64,000 nt of DNA from contig NC_086097.1 of the NCBI RefSeq assembly GCF_963921235.1, positions 97,590,001 to 97,654,000 on the forward strand, read 5' to 3'. The notes under the pieces were generated by a model. It was given only the letters and a program-made list of their open reading frames with translations, made no database searches and had not been told where the DNA came from. The stretch's first letter is position 1. Every line of letters starts with the position of its first letter. The translations under genes were made by a program, and so were the position numbers. This stretch comes from Mobula hypostoma. Lineage: Eukaryota. Shown piece by piece: positions 1 to 13,539 of this stretch.

Positions 1-307
1 TGGGCACAGCTTGTGCCAACACATAACTTAAGAGGTGGAGTATTGCCAAAGTACAGAAGAAAAACTCAACTGGAGAATTATCACCTCTTGTCTGTTGCCA
101 ACAGCTGGTTATAAAATGATATAGGCAGAAATGTGTGTAACAGAATGTTATTTTCTTTCAGTGGGAAATCAGAAAATTTGATAATTTCATTAGGTTAATA
201 GCTCATTGCTTGGCCAGCTGAAACTTGGCCTGTTGAAAATTCTTTCCTTCACTCGTTATAAAATGTGGGCTATGGAAACTGAGGAAATATTGATTACCTG
301 TTTGCAA

Positions 308-327
308 GTGTGTGTGTGTGTGTGTGT
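308..327. repeat. (TG)n microsatellite
   Basis: Uninterrupted gtgtgt run of about 10 units. Confidence 0.9.
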
Positions 328-374
328 TGCACCAACAAATACAAAGTGCATATCCCCACTTGCGCAGAATTGCA

Positions 375-1350
375 GGAGAACGTAGAACAGTACAGCACAG
401 GAACAAGCCCTTTGGCTCACGATATCTATTCCAACCATGATGCCAATTTAACTAGTCCCAGCTGCCTGCTTTTCACGTCCTACTTTAGATTATCTCTTGG
501 CTCATAAAAATCGCTATCATATCTGCTTCCAACTCATCCCCAGCAGAGAGCTCCAGGCAACTATCACTGTTTTTTTTTTAAAAAAAACCTTGCCTCACAA
601 ATCTCTTAAATTGTCCCCCTCACCTTAAAACTGCCCTCCAGTGTTTAACATTTTCATGGTGTCAGAAGGACTGACTACTTATGCTATCAGTGCCTTTCAT
701 ATACTATTAGATTTCTCCTCAGCCACTCACATTCCAGAGGGTACAATCTGAGACTGTTCAGTCTCCCCTTGTAGTTATACTCTAATGCAGGCACGATCCT
801 GGTGAACCTCCCCATCCTTCCTATAACGCAGCATCCAGAACTGCATACAGTACTCCAAATGTGGCCTAACCAAAGCTTTATACAATTGCATCATGACTTC
901 TGAACTTTAAAATCAGCAGCCCAGTTGATGAAAGCAACTGCCATCTTTACCACCAGATTTGCTTGCATTGTCACTTTCATGGAGCTATGGGTTTGCATCC
1001 CAAGATCCCTTTGTACATAAATGGTCCAAAAAGTCATGCCATTTATTGTGCCCTTACGTGTGACTTCCTAAAGTGCAGCGCTTAACGTGTAAAAGATAGA
1101 ACAGTACAGTTCTGGACAGGCCATTCAGCCCATAATGTTGTGCCAATCTTGATGCCAATTTATACTAAATATCCTCTTTGTGTTTCACCATATCCCTCCA
1201 TTCCCTTCATATTACCTTGTCTGTCTAAAAACCTCAAACTCCACCAAACTGCCTGCTTCCACCACTATCCCTGGTAACATGTTCTAATCACCTACCACTC
1301 TCTGCAGAGCACAACTTGCCCTCGTGTCACTTTTATTTGACATTTTTACG
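375..1350 (-). mobile_element. Two old CR1 LINE 3' fragments in a TMEM87A intron
   Basis: Degenerate copies of the CR1 3' end (tagaacagtacag at about 383 and 1097) and RT C-terminus (cagaactgcatacagtactccaaatgtggcctaacc), matching motifs in the younger CR1 copies in this window. Boundaries approximate. Confidence 0.7.
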
Positions 1351-1654
1351 CTGGGGACCGAGCATTAACCCATAAATTTTGTATTTTATAGTTAAAGTGA
1401 CAAATTTGTTGCAGCTGTTGAGTGTTTATTTAGTAGGTGGGGCACATTGTGCCGAATAAAGCAAGTTTTGTTGGGTACATTGCTATTTTATTTATCTTGT
1501 AATTACAGATAGCTTTAAGCTGCAACTCTTCTATGTATAAAGACAGTAAATGTGAGTGGTAAATTTGGTAATACTGATGTGTAAGAGTGGTCTGAATTTA
1601 AAAATTTGTTCCAGTGTATGGCTAAATACTGTTGCAGAGGTCTAATAAAACATT

Positions 1655-4600
1655 GAAACATAGAAAATAGGTGCAGGAGTAGGCCATTCGGCCCTTCGAG
1701 CCTACACTGCCATTCGGTATGATCATGGCTGATCATCCAACTCAGAACCCTGTATCTGCCTTCTCTCCATACCCCCTGATCCCTTTAGCCACAAGGGCCA
1801 TATCTAACTCCCTCTTAAGTATAGCTAATGAACTGGCCCAACTGTTTCCTGTGGCAGAGAATTCCACAGATTCACCACTCTCTGTGTGAAGAAGTTTTTC
1901 CTCATCTTGGTCCTAAAAGGCTTCCCCTTTATCCTTAAACTGTGACCCCTCGTTCTGGACTTCCCCAACATCGGGAACAATCTTCCTGCATCTAGCCTGT
2001 CCAATCCCTTCAGAATTTTATACATTTCAATAAGATCCCCCCCTCAATCTTCTAGATTCCAGCAAATATAAGCCCAGTTGATCAGGTCTTTCAGCATGTG
2101 AAAGTCCTGCCATCCCAGGAATCAATCTGGTGAACCTTCTTTGTACTCCCTCTATGGCAAGAATATCGTTCCTCAGATTAGGGACCAAAACTGCACACAA
2201 TACTCCAGGTGTGGTCTCACCAAGGCCTTGTACAACTGCAGTAGTACCTCCCTGCTCTTGTACTCGAATCCTCTTGCTATGAATGCCAGCATACCATTCG
2301 CCTTTTTCACTGCCTGCTGTACCTGCATGCCCACTTTCAATGACTGGTGTATAATGACACCCAGGTCTTGTTGCACCTCCCCTTTTCCTAATCGGCCACC
2401 ATTCAGATAATAATCTGTTTTCCTATTTTTGCCACCAAAGTGGATAACCTCACATTTATCCACATTAAATTGCATCTGCCATGAATTTGCCCACTCACCT
2501 AACCTATCCAAGTCACCCTGCATCCTCTTAACATCCTCCTCACAGCCAACACTGAGTCATTAATATATATTGTAAACAACTGGGGTCCCAGCACTGAGGC
2601 TTGCGGTACCCCACTAGTCACTGCCTGCCATTCTGAAAAGGTCCCGTTTATTCCCAGTCTTTGCTTCCTGTCTGCCAACCAATTCTCTATCCACATCAAT
2701 ACCATACCCCCAATACCGTGTGCTTTAAATTTGCACATTAATCTCCTGTGTGGGATCTTGTCAAAAGCCTTTTGAAAATCCAAATATACCACATCCACTG
2801 GTTCTCCCCTATCCACTCTACTAGTTACATCCTCAAAAAAATTCTGAGATTCGTCAGACATGATTTTCCTTTCACAAATCTATGCTGACTTTGTCTGATG
2901 ATTTCACTGCTTTCCAAATGTGCTGTTATCACATCTTTGATAACTGACTCTAGCATTTTCCCCACCACCGATGTCAGGCTAACTGGTCTATAATTCCCTG
3001 GTTTTTCTCCCTCCTTTTTTAAAAAGTGGGGTTACATTAGCCACCCTCCAATCCTCAGGAACTAGTCCAGAATCTAAAGAGTTTTGAAAAATTATCACTA
3101 ATGCATCCACTATTTCTTGGGCTACTTCCTTAAGCACTCTGGGATGCAGACCATCTGGCCCTGGGGATTTATCTGCCTTTAATCCCTTCAATTTACCTAA
3201 CACCACTTCCCTACTAACATGTATTTCCCTCGGTTCCTCCATCTCATTAGACCCTCGGTCCCGTACTATTTCCAGAAGATGATCTATGTCCTCCTTAGTA
3301 AAGACAGAACCAAAATAGTTATTCAATTGGTCTGCCATGTCTTTGTTCCCCATGATCAATTCACCTGTTTCTAACTGTAAGGGACCTAAATTTGTCTTAA
3401 CCAATCTTTTTCTTTTCACATATCTATAAAAGCTTTTACAGTCAGTTTTTATGTTGCCTGCCAGTTTTCTCTCATAAGCTTTTTTCCCTTTCCGAATTAA
3501 GCCCTTTGTCCTCCTCTGCTGGACTCTGAATTTCTCTCAGTCCTCAGGTATGCTGCTTTTTCTGGCTAATTTGTATGTCTCTTCTTTGGAATTGATACTA
3601 TCCCTAATTTCCCTCGTCAGCCACGGGTGCACTACCTTCCTTGGTTTATTCTTTTGCCAAACTGGGATGAACAATTGTTGTAGTTCATCCATGTGATCTT
3701 TAAATGCTTGCCATTGCATATCCACCATCAACCCTTTAAGTATCATTTGCCAGTCTATCTTAGCTAATTCACATCTCATACCTTCAAAGTTACCCTTCTT
3801 TAAGTTCAGAACCTTTGTTTCTGAATTAACTATGTCACTCTCCATCTTAATGAAGAATTCCACCATATTATGGTCACTCTTACCCAAGGGGCCTCGCACG
3901 ACAAGATTGTTAATTAACCCTTCCTCATTGCTCAATACCCAGTCTAGAATAGCCTGCTCTCTAGTTGGTTCCTCAACATGTTGGTTCAGAAAACCATCCC
4001 GTATACATTCCAAGAAATCCTCTTCCTCAACACCCTTACCAATTTGGTTCACCCAATCTATAGGTAGATTGAAGTCACCCATTATAACTGCTGTTCCTTT
4101 ATTGCACGCATTTCTAATCTCCTGTTTAATGCCATCCCCAACCTCACTACTACTGTTAGGTGGCCTGTACACAACTCCCACCAGCGTTTTCTTCCCCTTA
4201 GTGTTATGCAGCTCTACCCATATCGATTCCACATCCTCCCAGCTAATGTCCTTCCTTTCTATTGCGTTAATCTCCTCTCCAACCAGCAATGCTACCCCAC
4301 CTCCTTTTCTCTCATGTCTATCCCTCCCGAATATTGAATATCCCTGAATGTTGAGCTCCCATCCTTGGTCACCCTGGAGCCATATCTCTGTGATCCCAAC
4401 TATATCATATTCGTTAATAACTATCTGCCCTTTCAATTCATCCACCTTGTTACGAATGCTCCTTGCATTGACACACAAAGCCTTCAGGCTTGCTTTTCCA
4501 ACACTCTTAGCCCTTATACAATTACGTTGGAAAGTGGCCGTTTTTGATTTTTGCCCTGGATTTGCCTGCCTGCCACTTCTGCTTTTCACCTTACTACTTT

Positions 4601-5697
4601 TTGCTTCTACCCTCATTTTACACCCCTCTGTCTCTCTGCACTTGTTCCCATCCCCCTGCCACATTAGTTTAAATCCTCCTGAACAACAGTAGTAAATGCT
4701 CCCCCTAGGACATTGGTCCCAGTCCAGCCCAGGTGCAGACCGCCCTGTTTGTACCGGTCCCACCTCCTCCAGAACTGGTTCCAATGCCCCAGAAATTTGA
4801 ATCCCTCCCCCTTGCACCATTTTTCAAGCCACGTATTCATCTGATATATCCTCCTGTTTCTACTCTGACTAGCACATGGCACTGGTAGTAATCCAGAGAT
4901 TATTACCTTTGTGGTCCTACTTTTTAAGTTTATCTCCTAACTCCCTAAATTCACCTTGTAGGACCTCATCCCATTTTTTGTTTAACCTATATCGTTGGTA
5001 CCTATGTGCACCACGACCACTGGCTGTTCACCCTCCCACTCCAGAATGTCCTGCAGCCGCTCAGAGACATCCTTGACCCTTGCACCAGGGAGGCAACATA
5101 CCCTCCTGGAGTCTTGTTTGCAGCCGTTGAACCGCTTATCTATTCCCCTTACAATCGAATCCCCTATCACTATAGCTCTCCCACTCCTTTTCCTTCCCTC
5201 CTGTGCCGCAGAGCCATCCATGGTGCCATGAACTCGGCGGCTGCTGCCTTCCCTTGATGAGACATCTCCCCCAAGAGTATCCAAAACAGTATATCTGTTT
5301 CGGAGGGAAGTGACCTCAGGGGACTCCTGCACTACCTGCCTACTGCTACGCTGTTTAGTGGCCACCCATTCCCTTTCTGCCTGTGTAGCCTTTACCTGCA
5401 GTGTGGCAACTCACTGAACGTGCTATTCACGACTTTCTCAGCATCACGGATGCTCCAGTATGAATCCAGTCGCAGCTCCAGACGCTCAATGCTGTCTGCC
5501 AGAAGCTGCAGCTGGACACATTTCCTGCACACATAGTCGTCAGGGACACTGGAAGTATCCCTGATTTCCCACATGCTGCAGGATGAACAAACCACGGGGC
5601 CGATCTCAGCTGTCGTGACCTACCCAACACACTACAGCCTTGCCGCCTTCCTTGCTTCAAATATAATACCACTGCAGACCATTCTCCTTTTAAAGGC
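1655..5697 (-). mobile_element. Near full-length, inactivated CR1 LINE (ORF1 zinc finger plus SGNH esterase; ORF2 APE plus RT)
   Basis: ORF1 fragments MVCSSCSMWE..CRKC and IVIGDSIVRG; APE motifs NARSIRNK, GVVYRPP, MGDFN, SDH; RT motifs YLDFQKAFD and GVPQ; 3' terminal repeat tattttctatgtttc. Several frameshifts and stops, and a 58 bp deletion near 2554 that removes FADD. Confidence 0.93.
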
Positions 5698-6013
5698 AAG
5701 ATGATGCAAGTTGGTTTATACTTCTATGGTGTTGCTTTTTGCTATGAAGTGCAATGAATATAGAAATGCTCGTATGTTAAACATTGGCATTTATTTATAT
5801 AATAGTAATGTGGGCCATGAGTAAATGTGTTCACTTATCTGAATTGGGTGAGGAACTGCATTTATTTTCCAGGAACTAATTATGAATCATTTCAGTGTGG
5901 CTAAGGAGATAATCATTTCGAGATGGTTTTAGTGAAAATCTTGCGTCAACTTGATCTCTAATTCACTAACAATAACACAGGATTTAATGCTAACTCAGAT
6001 TTCCTTTTTGTAG

Positions 6014-6087
6014 GTTTGCCTTCACTCCTCTTGCTGATGATGATTATGATGAAGAAGTTAAGGAGCCAATGCTTAATGAAGCTTTCG
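6014..6087 (+). CDS. TMEM87A: TMEM87A internal coding exon (FAFTPLADDDYDEEVKEPMLNEAF)
   Basis: Polypyrimidine tract plus AG acceptor and GT donor. Peptide resembles the TMEM87A cytoplasmic tail (human RFAFSPLSEEEEEDEQKEPMLKESF, from memory). Phase is compatible with the next exon. Confidence 0.93.
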
Positions 6088-6333
6088 GTAGGCTGCATCT
6101 ATCAGCTAGCAACTGGGATTTTTTTTTAAAAAATTAACTCTGAATTGTGGCAGGGCTGGGAAAAAGTCTTTGACCATTTTACGTTAATTTGTAAAATTAT
6201 CATGTAATGTTAGCAGTTAGAGTTAAGGGTACCAGTTAAAAGTGAGATTGAAAGATTTTATAACTAGAAAAGCCATTGAACAAAGAGCTCTTAAAATTGA
6301 GAAACATGGTTATGCATTGTATATTTTTTGCAG

Positions 6334-6395
6334 AGGGAATGAAGATGCGAGGTACAAAAGCAGAATCCAATGGCACTGCAAAACTAAATAAAGTG
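6334..6395 (+). CDS. TMEM87A: TMEM87A coding exon (EGMKMRGTKAESNGTAKLNKV)
   Basis: ttttttgcAG acceptor, GTAAG donor, phase 1 to 0. Matches the EGMKMR motif. Confidence 0.93.
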
Positions 6396-6873
6396 GTAAG
6401 ACAGCAGGAAATCTTGATTTTTAAATAGATGAAACATCTGTAGAGTTAAAGCATTGTAAATAAGGCATATTGTGGGTTCATTTGTTAAGGTGTATAAAGT
6501 CTGGACATTTGATTCTTTAATTGCCCAGGGTGAATATTGCCCAGATAAGGTGATTTCAGATAAAAGAGCAGAGCAATTTAACTTTTCTCGTGAAGAACTG
6601 AAGTGACGGCCACTGAAATGTTTAAATAGTGTGTGTAGTGGAGAGTCTTGCAGATGACTGCCCTGGTTTGCTTTCCCGTTGCTACATTCCATCCCATGAA
6701 TCCTGCTACCGCACTCTTCTCTCCTTTACTCCCCTCCCACAATTATTTATGTAGTGTTCTCCAGATGTGTACATGACCGGGGGCAAACTTGTGCTTGGAA
6801 CTGGAAGGGCTGTTCTATGAATTGATTTATTAATTAGACTGAAATTCATCAGAGCTGTTGCTGTTGTTGACAG

Positions 6874-6926
6874 GATGAAGATCTGAAGTGGGTTGAGGAG
6901 AATGTCCCATCTTCCATGGCAGATGT
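6874..6926 (+). CDS. TMEM87A: TMEM87A coding exon (DEDLKWVEENVPSSMADV)
   Basis: cAG acceptor and GTAAGT donor; conserved DLKWVEENVPSS motif. Confidence 0.95.
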
Positions 6927-7832
6927 GTAAGTGACTTTTGTCAGCTATTTCAGTGCAGTCTGCCCTGCTCACTCCTCATCCTGCTCCATCATTCTGAAAG
7001 GTCAGTCTGATCTGTCTTGGCTTCACTTTCCAGCCTTACTTCTGCAGCTCTCAAAACTCTCAGGAACTTGTATGTTGCATCCTTAAATATTTTCACTGAC
7101 TCAACCTCCACTGCCTTGAGGGGCAGGTAATTCTAAAGGTGATGAAACTAATCCTGGTTCTGAAAATTTACCTTTAGCATCAGTTTCCCCTTGAAGGAGA
7201 AATGTTTTTTTTACCGCTTCCACACTCCCATAGGGTCATGTTTCAGTAAGATCATCTCTCATTCTTCTAAACACTGATATATAATCCAGATGAGACAAAA
7301 CTGTACACAATACTCCAAGTCTGATCTCGCTAATACCCTCTATGTAATTAGCAAAGCTTCCCAGTTTCAATACTTGATTTGCCACGCATTTGAAGGCATA
7401 ACAGAATGAGCTGTGGGAACTTTTGCATTCAAAACTGATAGAAAATCCAAGTGATTTATGTGGAGCAAATTCCTAGTAAAACATCCTTTAGCCAAGTCAC
7501 TATGGCAAGTGTTTTTTTTTTACAATGCTTTCTGCTTTCAACATCTATTGCTTAACAACATCCATGCAGGGACAGACTGCTGGGACGCAAAGCAACATCG
7601 AAATTGGATCTGGAGCTTAGAGTGCTTCTGGCTTTTCAGCTGATTTAACAGCATTCTTAAGTTCACAAAATCTGAAAAAAAAAATGCATAAAGCCCGATT
7701 TGCTGGAACTGTTTCTCTGCACTTGGCAAGCAAGTGATGCTGGAGTATGTGACAATAATTCATATGAACAGTATTCTGCTGTACATGGTATTACTGTTCA
7801 TCAATAACTGAAATTTTGCTTCTTTCTTTCAG

Positions 7833-7863
7833 AGCTCTTCCTGCCCTCCTGGACTCGGATGAG
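7833..7863 (+). CDS. TMEM87A: TMEM87A 31 nt coding exon (ALPALLDSDE)
   Basis: tctttctttcAG acceptor, GTAATT donor, phase 2 to 0; conserved ALPALLDSDE. Confidence 0.95.
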
Positions 7864-9229
7864 GTAATTCACTCCAAAGAAAATATTGTGCTAAGAAGCC
7901 TTTGCTAATATATGTGTGGTGTGCTGGCTTGTGTGTGTGAGGAGTGGATATGTGGGTTGATGTCTATGTGTGGGCATAGAGAATAGGCTAGGACCAGGAA
8001 ATTGGCAGCATGCGGTGATGTTGGCATGCATGTAGGAAGAGGGTAGTTGCCGTTTTGGAGGCTTTACTCTGCCTGAAAAATACTCACTCCACCTTTTGTG
8101 GTCTTTGATGTTTAATATTGATGCTTAGTGGATGAACGCTATTCTTCAGAGGAGCAATCAGAATCCATTGCGTGACTAATTTTCATTAAACCAAATTACG
8201 TAGCAGCAGTGAGAACTCTTGAAATGTGATTTATGATCTTATAAAAAGCAGTTTCCCAGCTGCCTCTACCCACCCTACCCAACTCCTGCTCTAGCTCCAT
8301 AATGTCTGGCCGTGCTCTAGAACTGCTGTATGTATCATCACTTCAGGTGAGCTGAGCTGAGCAGGATGGTGTTTTAACTTTCAATGTTCATTACATTCAG
8401 GGAAATTGTATAGATCATGGAGTGAATCTCTTGCAGTAGCCCTCCATTAATCCTCAGCTGGTCCTGCAGCTACAGGGAATGGGCCCTAAGCAACTAGTGC
8501 TTGTCAAATGGAAACAAAATTGAAATAGATAAGCTTGCAATACAGGTAGAGAGAAGGTCAGGACAAACCGAACAAGGCAGACGTCCTTTCCCCAGTGTGT
8601 TCTCTCAGTTAGACATGGTTTCTGTGTCTCATGTGTGCTGAAGCAAACGTTATGACCAAAGGTCCTCCTTTACTTGGAGTAACAGGCAAATGACAGTCCC
8701 TACCCAGTACTTTCCAATGGGTCAGCAACATCCTGCTTAATCAGTGCAGAAGTTCTGGTTCATGCACACTTCTGTGACCAAATGGCAAAAGTCAAAAGTC
8801 AGGCCAGGTGCTGATATCCTGGCAAGGCCATGATCCGGATGTGGGACAAATTCCCTAATGACAGATTCGGATGAAAAGGCTGAATCAGCATGGTTATCTG
8901 TGTTACAGAGTTGATAATGAGTCATCCATTTAAAATTATCACTGTGGTGGAGGAGGGACTTTAAGATGGTTTTATTATATGCACAAATGTTAGAATGATG
9001 AATTTTTGTCAACAAAATTGACCATTTCACAGTTTGAGGGATAAGTATTGATAAATATATAAATATTTGAAACAAAGGAAGATGCCAAGCCATGGGAAGA
9101 GAATTGAGGAGCAAGATTAATTTTGGATGAATGGGGGAGAGGTCCAGCTTACACTGCTGCACTCCTACCTTCAGCATTCTAAACTTCTGAAAATCTAGAA
9201 ATAAGACTGTTAATTTCTCTGTTTTGCAG

Positions 9230-9271
9230 GAAATTATGACCACAAAATTTGAGATTTCGAAAATGGAGTGA
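9230..9271 (+). CDS. TMEM87A: TMEM87A terminal coding exon (EIMTTKFEISKME*)
   Basis: ttttgcAG acceptor and TGA at 9269-9271. The SKME* end and the downstream VPS39 neighbour favour TMEM87A over TMEM87B. Confidence 0.93.
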   Translation, partial: EIMTTKFEISKME

Positions 9272-9975
9272 AAATGGAATGAAAACACTACTCTTGTATT
9301 TGAAGCAATAGCTGTTGAGGAGAGTACACCTTCAGTCTGCACAAAAGCACTGGAATTGTACAGTGTCACATAGTTTCAGTAGGGTTGGGTGGGTGGGAGA
9401 GTGTATTTTATATGTTGCTGAAGTTCGATTCTGAATTTTGTTTTTAAAACCAAGTAAGTTATTTTGCACGTACTTGCCATAGATTTGGATGGGCTTATAC
9501 TTTTTTTTGGGGTAAATCTAAGCTGCTCTACTATAACTATTCTTAACAAAGCTAGTCCACAAAGGATAGGGCAAAAGTTGCCCTGTTGCCCTTCCCCATT
9601 CCCTTATAATCCATCCTGCCAAATGAAGTGGAAAAGCTGTCTTTGTATTCCAATATTCCTCTAGCCTGCAACATGAAGGCATGGTACTTGTGTTCTGCAG
9701 CCACTTGTCAACTGTAGCTCTCAAGTGGGTGGGTTTCCATTGTCCATATTATATGGGATTGTTTCTCCCTGAATTTATTTTGCACACAATTTCTAGAAAA
9801 GGGGTGAGCTTTCTAGACACTGGACTGTAAGTTTCCGATTGCTAGCTGTGCTGGCACCTTGAATGGCTATTCCAATTTCATTAGGAATGGTATTAAAATG
9901 AAGTTTTGTAAACTTGGTTTGAAAGGGTTTAGTAAAACTATCAAGGGGGCTTTATTGTGATCTTGTTTCAGATTA

Positions 9976-9981
9976 AATAAA
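9976..9981 (+). promoter_or_regulatory. Candidate TMEM87A polyadenylation signal
   Basis: AATAAA about 700 nt after the stop codon, with T-rich sequence downstream. Other candidates lie near 11740 and 11977; actual use is unknown. Confidence 0.35.
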
Positions 9982-10959
9982 AAAAATAGGCTTTAAGTTC
10001 TACATCTGTTGATTTATAGTGCATGTGCAGATTTTTATAATTAAGGACAAAATCAAGCTGTTGTATTTTGTTCTATTGGACCTTCATGTTGAATTCTGAG
10101 GATATACTGCTGTTTTTAATGAGTACAACACTAACTTTCATATATTCAAGGTTGAAGACATTAGTGTGATTGAAGACTATTTGTGATAAAGGCAGTCAAT
10201 ACTTGGCACAAAGGCAAGAGTAAAACTGCCAAAATAATAGGTCCAGCAATATCTGTGTAGGGGTGGGGGGAAGGATTGTTAATGTTTCAAGTCAGGTCCT
10301 GAAAACTGAGAATCCTAGGTACAAGGGTAAAAGTAGGAAACTTCCCTGATTTTTGGGGTGTATGGGAGTAGTTACAGTGTATGATCTTCTCACCATGCTG
10401 CATTTTTTACCCCTTATTGGAAGTTTCCTTCTCATACAATAACTATTCATCCCTACATCTTGTTTTCTTTCATTTAATTCTTTCATCCTTTGTCTGAAGT
10501 GTAGAAGTACTTGTCAGAAGTATGATAGCTGCCTTCAAACTCGTTTTCATCTGACATTGAATCACTTCAGCAGTGGATGCTCTTCTCACCTCCCTGCAAA
10601 TTAATCAAGTCAGGGTTGCTGAGGCAAAAGGAAGCAACCTCTGTGTGACTCAGCTGAGCGTTCTCAAATATCTGCTGTGATGGCCAACACTGAATCAAAC
10701 CAAGTTACACATTAGTCCTGAATTTTCTGTTTTTGCATTTACTTTACGCAGGATTCTTCTCCAACGCTTAGTTCAAAATGTTATCTTTCACATTTCCTTA
10801 CAACTTGGAAGGCTGTTTGGCCCACTGAGTCTGTCTTTGAGCTTTTCACATCATTTCCATTGCCCCACTTCTTTCCTGTAATTTGTTCTTTCTCGCCTGC
10901 CCATTAACCTGTACAATCCCTCCAACTCTTAATACTCCTGCCTTATTTAATGAGTAATT

Positions 10960-11130
10960 TAGTGGCCAGTTATCCTGCCATCTTAATGTGGAAGTGGGGT
11001 GATGAGAATTTCTGAAGAAAAGTGATGTATTTATAGGGAGAATGTATAAACTGTACCGACAACACTGGAGGTCAGAATCAAACCAAGACCACAAAATCTG
11101 TGAGACAACATTGCTAACTGCTGCACCATT
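10960..11130 (-). mobile_element. Degenerate tRNA-derived SINE (V-SINE/HE1-like)
   Basis: Minus strand reads ggtgcagcagttagcaatgttgtctcacag..ggtttgattctgacctccag..agtttatacattctccc, giving A-box-like and B-box-like segments followed by a V-domain-like segment. Confidence 0.5.
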
Positions 11131-13539
11131 GTCTGTGAGAATCTCCAACCTGATGCTGTATGGTCAATATCCAACCTGCTTGTTTTCTTGGACATTTTTT
11201 TTAATCATGTTAACTCTTTTTGCAAAATGAGAAGATGTCATTGTTAAGTTTCCTTCGATTTCTTGAAACATTATTAGAACTTTATATCCTACTTCTAAGT
11301 CGCTCCTATCTCAAATACAAGCCCATACTGTACAACTTGTTGCTGAATCCTCTTGTCCTTCCAGCATTTGAAGCCTCTACTTTTTTTGTCACGTTTCCTT
11401 GCTTCAGTACATTCCTGGAATGTTTCCTCCTTTGATTAATTCTGTGATTATCTTCTGAAGATTGTTATTGAAGTTGTCTGTAAGTAATGTATTCTAAATA
11501 TTAACCACTCATTTTTATTAAAAAAAAACAAAGACCTCTTAACAAAACCAGGTGTAAGCAACTTTTCCCATCGCATCTGCTGTAAGACCTGCAATAGATC
11601 CATGACCACTAAAATTTGGTTTTGACTACTTATATAATGTTAGTGGAAAGATACTTTCAAGAGAACCTATGCCTAGCAATCTGCTCAACTTGAGTTTCCA
11701 AGAGATACAAACAGTATCAAAGTGCCTTTAACGTAGCAAAATAAATGCCTTTGTGTATTACACATAATATCAAAGCAAATTGGACACTGATCTGCAATAG
11801 CCATTGGTGTATATAATCAAAGTTCAAGCCAGAGGTAATTTTATGGAGTATCTAAAGAAAAGTGTGGTTAATGAGTTTAGTGTCAGTGGGTAGATAAGAT
11901 GGGTCTTTTGAGAAGAAGGTCGCAGCAGCTAAGTGCATGTGTGGTGGAGTGGTTATGATCTATGATTCTCAAGGTCAATAAATAAACTTACGAAAAACAA
12001 CAAGTATTATTTTAATTGTGTGGAAAAACAGTTTTAACATCTGCATCTCTTGCACAGCACAAAATTAATATGCTAAAGATCGGTGCCATCGTTTTTTTAA
12101 ATCTGTGGAGATTCTTCTCTGATTAGATGCAAGACAATTTCAATTCTTTATATTGTTGTCAATTACTTTCAAGTACTCCGGAAGTAGCTAAAGTGGGTTT
12201 TATCGTAACAGAGATACCCATAATGGGTACAGCAGCACTTCCATTCACATTTCCTTGTTCCTTTCTTTGAAACAGCTAGGAGCAAGTTTTTACTTAAGTG
12301 TGAAGTATAAACTCTAGCAAAGGGGTAGGTTAGGCACATCATCACTAGCACTCAGCAGCAGCAGCTAGTTTCTCGATGTGTTCTTAGTGATTTTTATGAC
12401 TCTGGCACAAAGCAGTAGAACCCTTTTCTATCTACTTTATTAGTTTTTTGGTGTACTACAGGTAGCTTGCCTACATCTATACAGGGGTCCACATGCGTTT
12501 GCTGTGTAGTTACATTTTCTGAGATATTCTGAATTAGTAGTTTTGCATGGAGTAAAAAAAAATGTGGTATCACACATCTTAAGATTCCCACTGCAAGAGT
12601 GTCAAAGGATACATAAGCTGACACTTCAACATATTTCTATCAGATTTCTGAAAGAGCTATCCATTTAATACTAAAGCCTGACTTTTCCCCAAACTGTTGC
12701 AGTCTGTTTTACATTAATATCAGCTCTTGTATGTGAACCTATTTTTGTTGCATAAAATTAGGAATAGGTCATCTCAGCTTTGTTTATTCACTCGTAGAGT
12801 TAGATCCTGGTTGATCTTTATGTCTACTTCATTTGTCCTGTTTGTTCCATAGGCGTGATATTTTCCTAATAAAAATCTTGTCCTGATCTCTAAAATGTTA
12901 AATGCTGCTACTTCATATTGCCCCTCTTCCTAGCCAGCCCGTTGGGATAAAAGATGGTTTGTTCCACTCTGGTTCTGAGTTGACCAAGGCAAATGTGGGA
13001 ACCCCAGACTCTCTCACAAATAGGGCAGGGATTGTCATGAGGTAAGTAGTTGAGCAGTTTGCAAGGAGATGTTTCTTCCATTGATATTGGACTGAAAGTT
13101 CTCTGGCCACCGTAGAGCAACTTGAACCAGGGATCCCCATTTCTAAAGTTCTGAGCATTCTGTAAAATATTTTCCTCTGACCATCTGCGAACCTCTTCCC
13201 ATGACAATGTCAGTTTCAGCAATTTAAAAAGATTCTTATCATAATTCATTGGGAAAACATTTCCAGATTTCACGTTTAGGATGGTGACCTCCAATGTTAA
13301 CTGAATTCAGAGGAAATGCTTATATTGGCTAAGTTTATATTTATCATGACTAGGAGGCAGAGATGAGCAACAAATATACGTAAATGGGATATAGCATCTG
13401 AACAGAGGATAGTTATGCAGACAGTGGATTGTGGTTGTATTTATAATCTATAAATATTTAATGTATTCAAGATCAATTTTTTTGTACCCTTTGAACAAAA
13501 AAAAGTATCAGATCTAGCAGTCATATTGGAAAAAACATC

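Noticed and set aside
8737..9369. 210 aa minus-strand ORF overlapping the last TMEM87A exon
   Set aside because: Non-ATG start, no recognisable motif, and spans intron and UTR sequence; likely chance.
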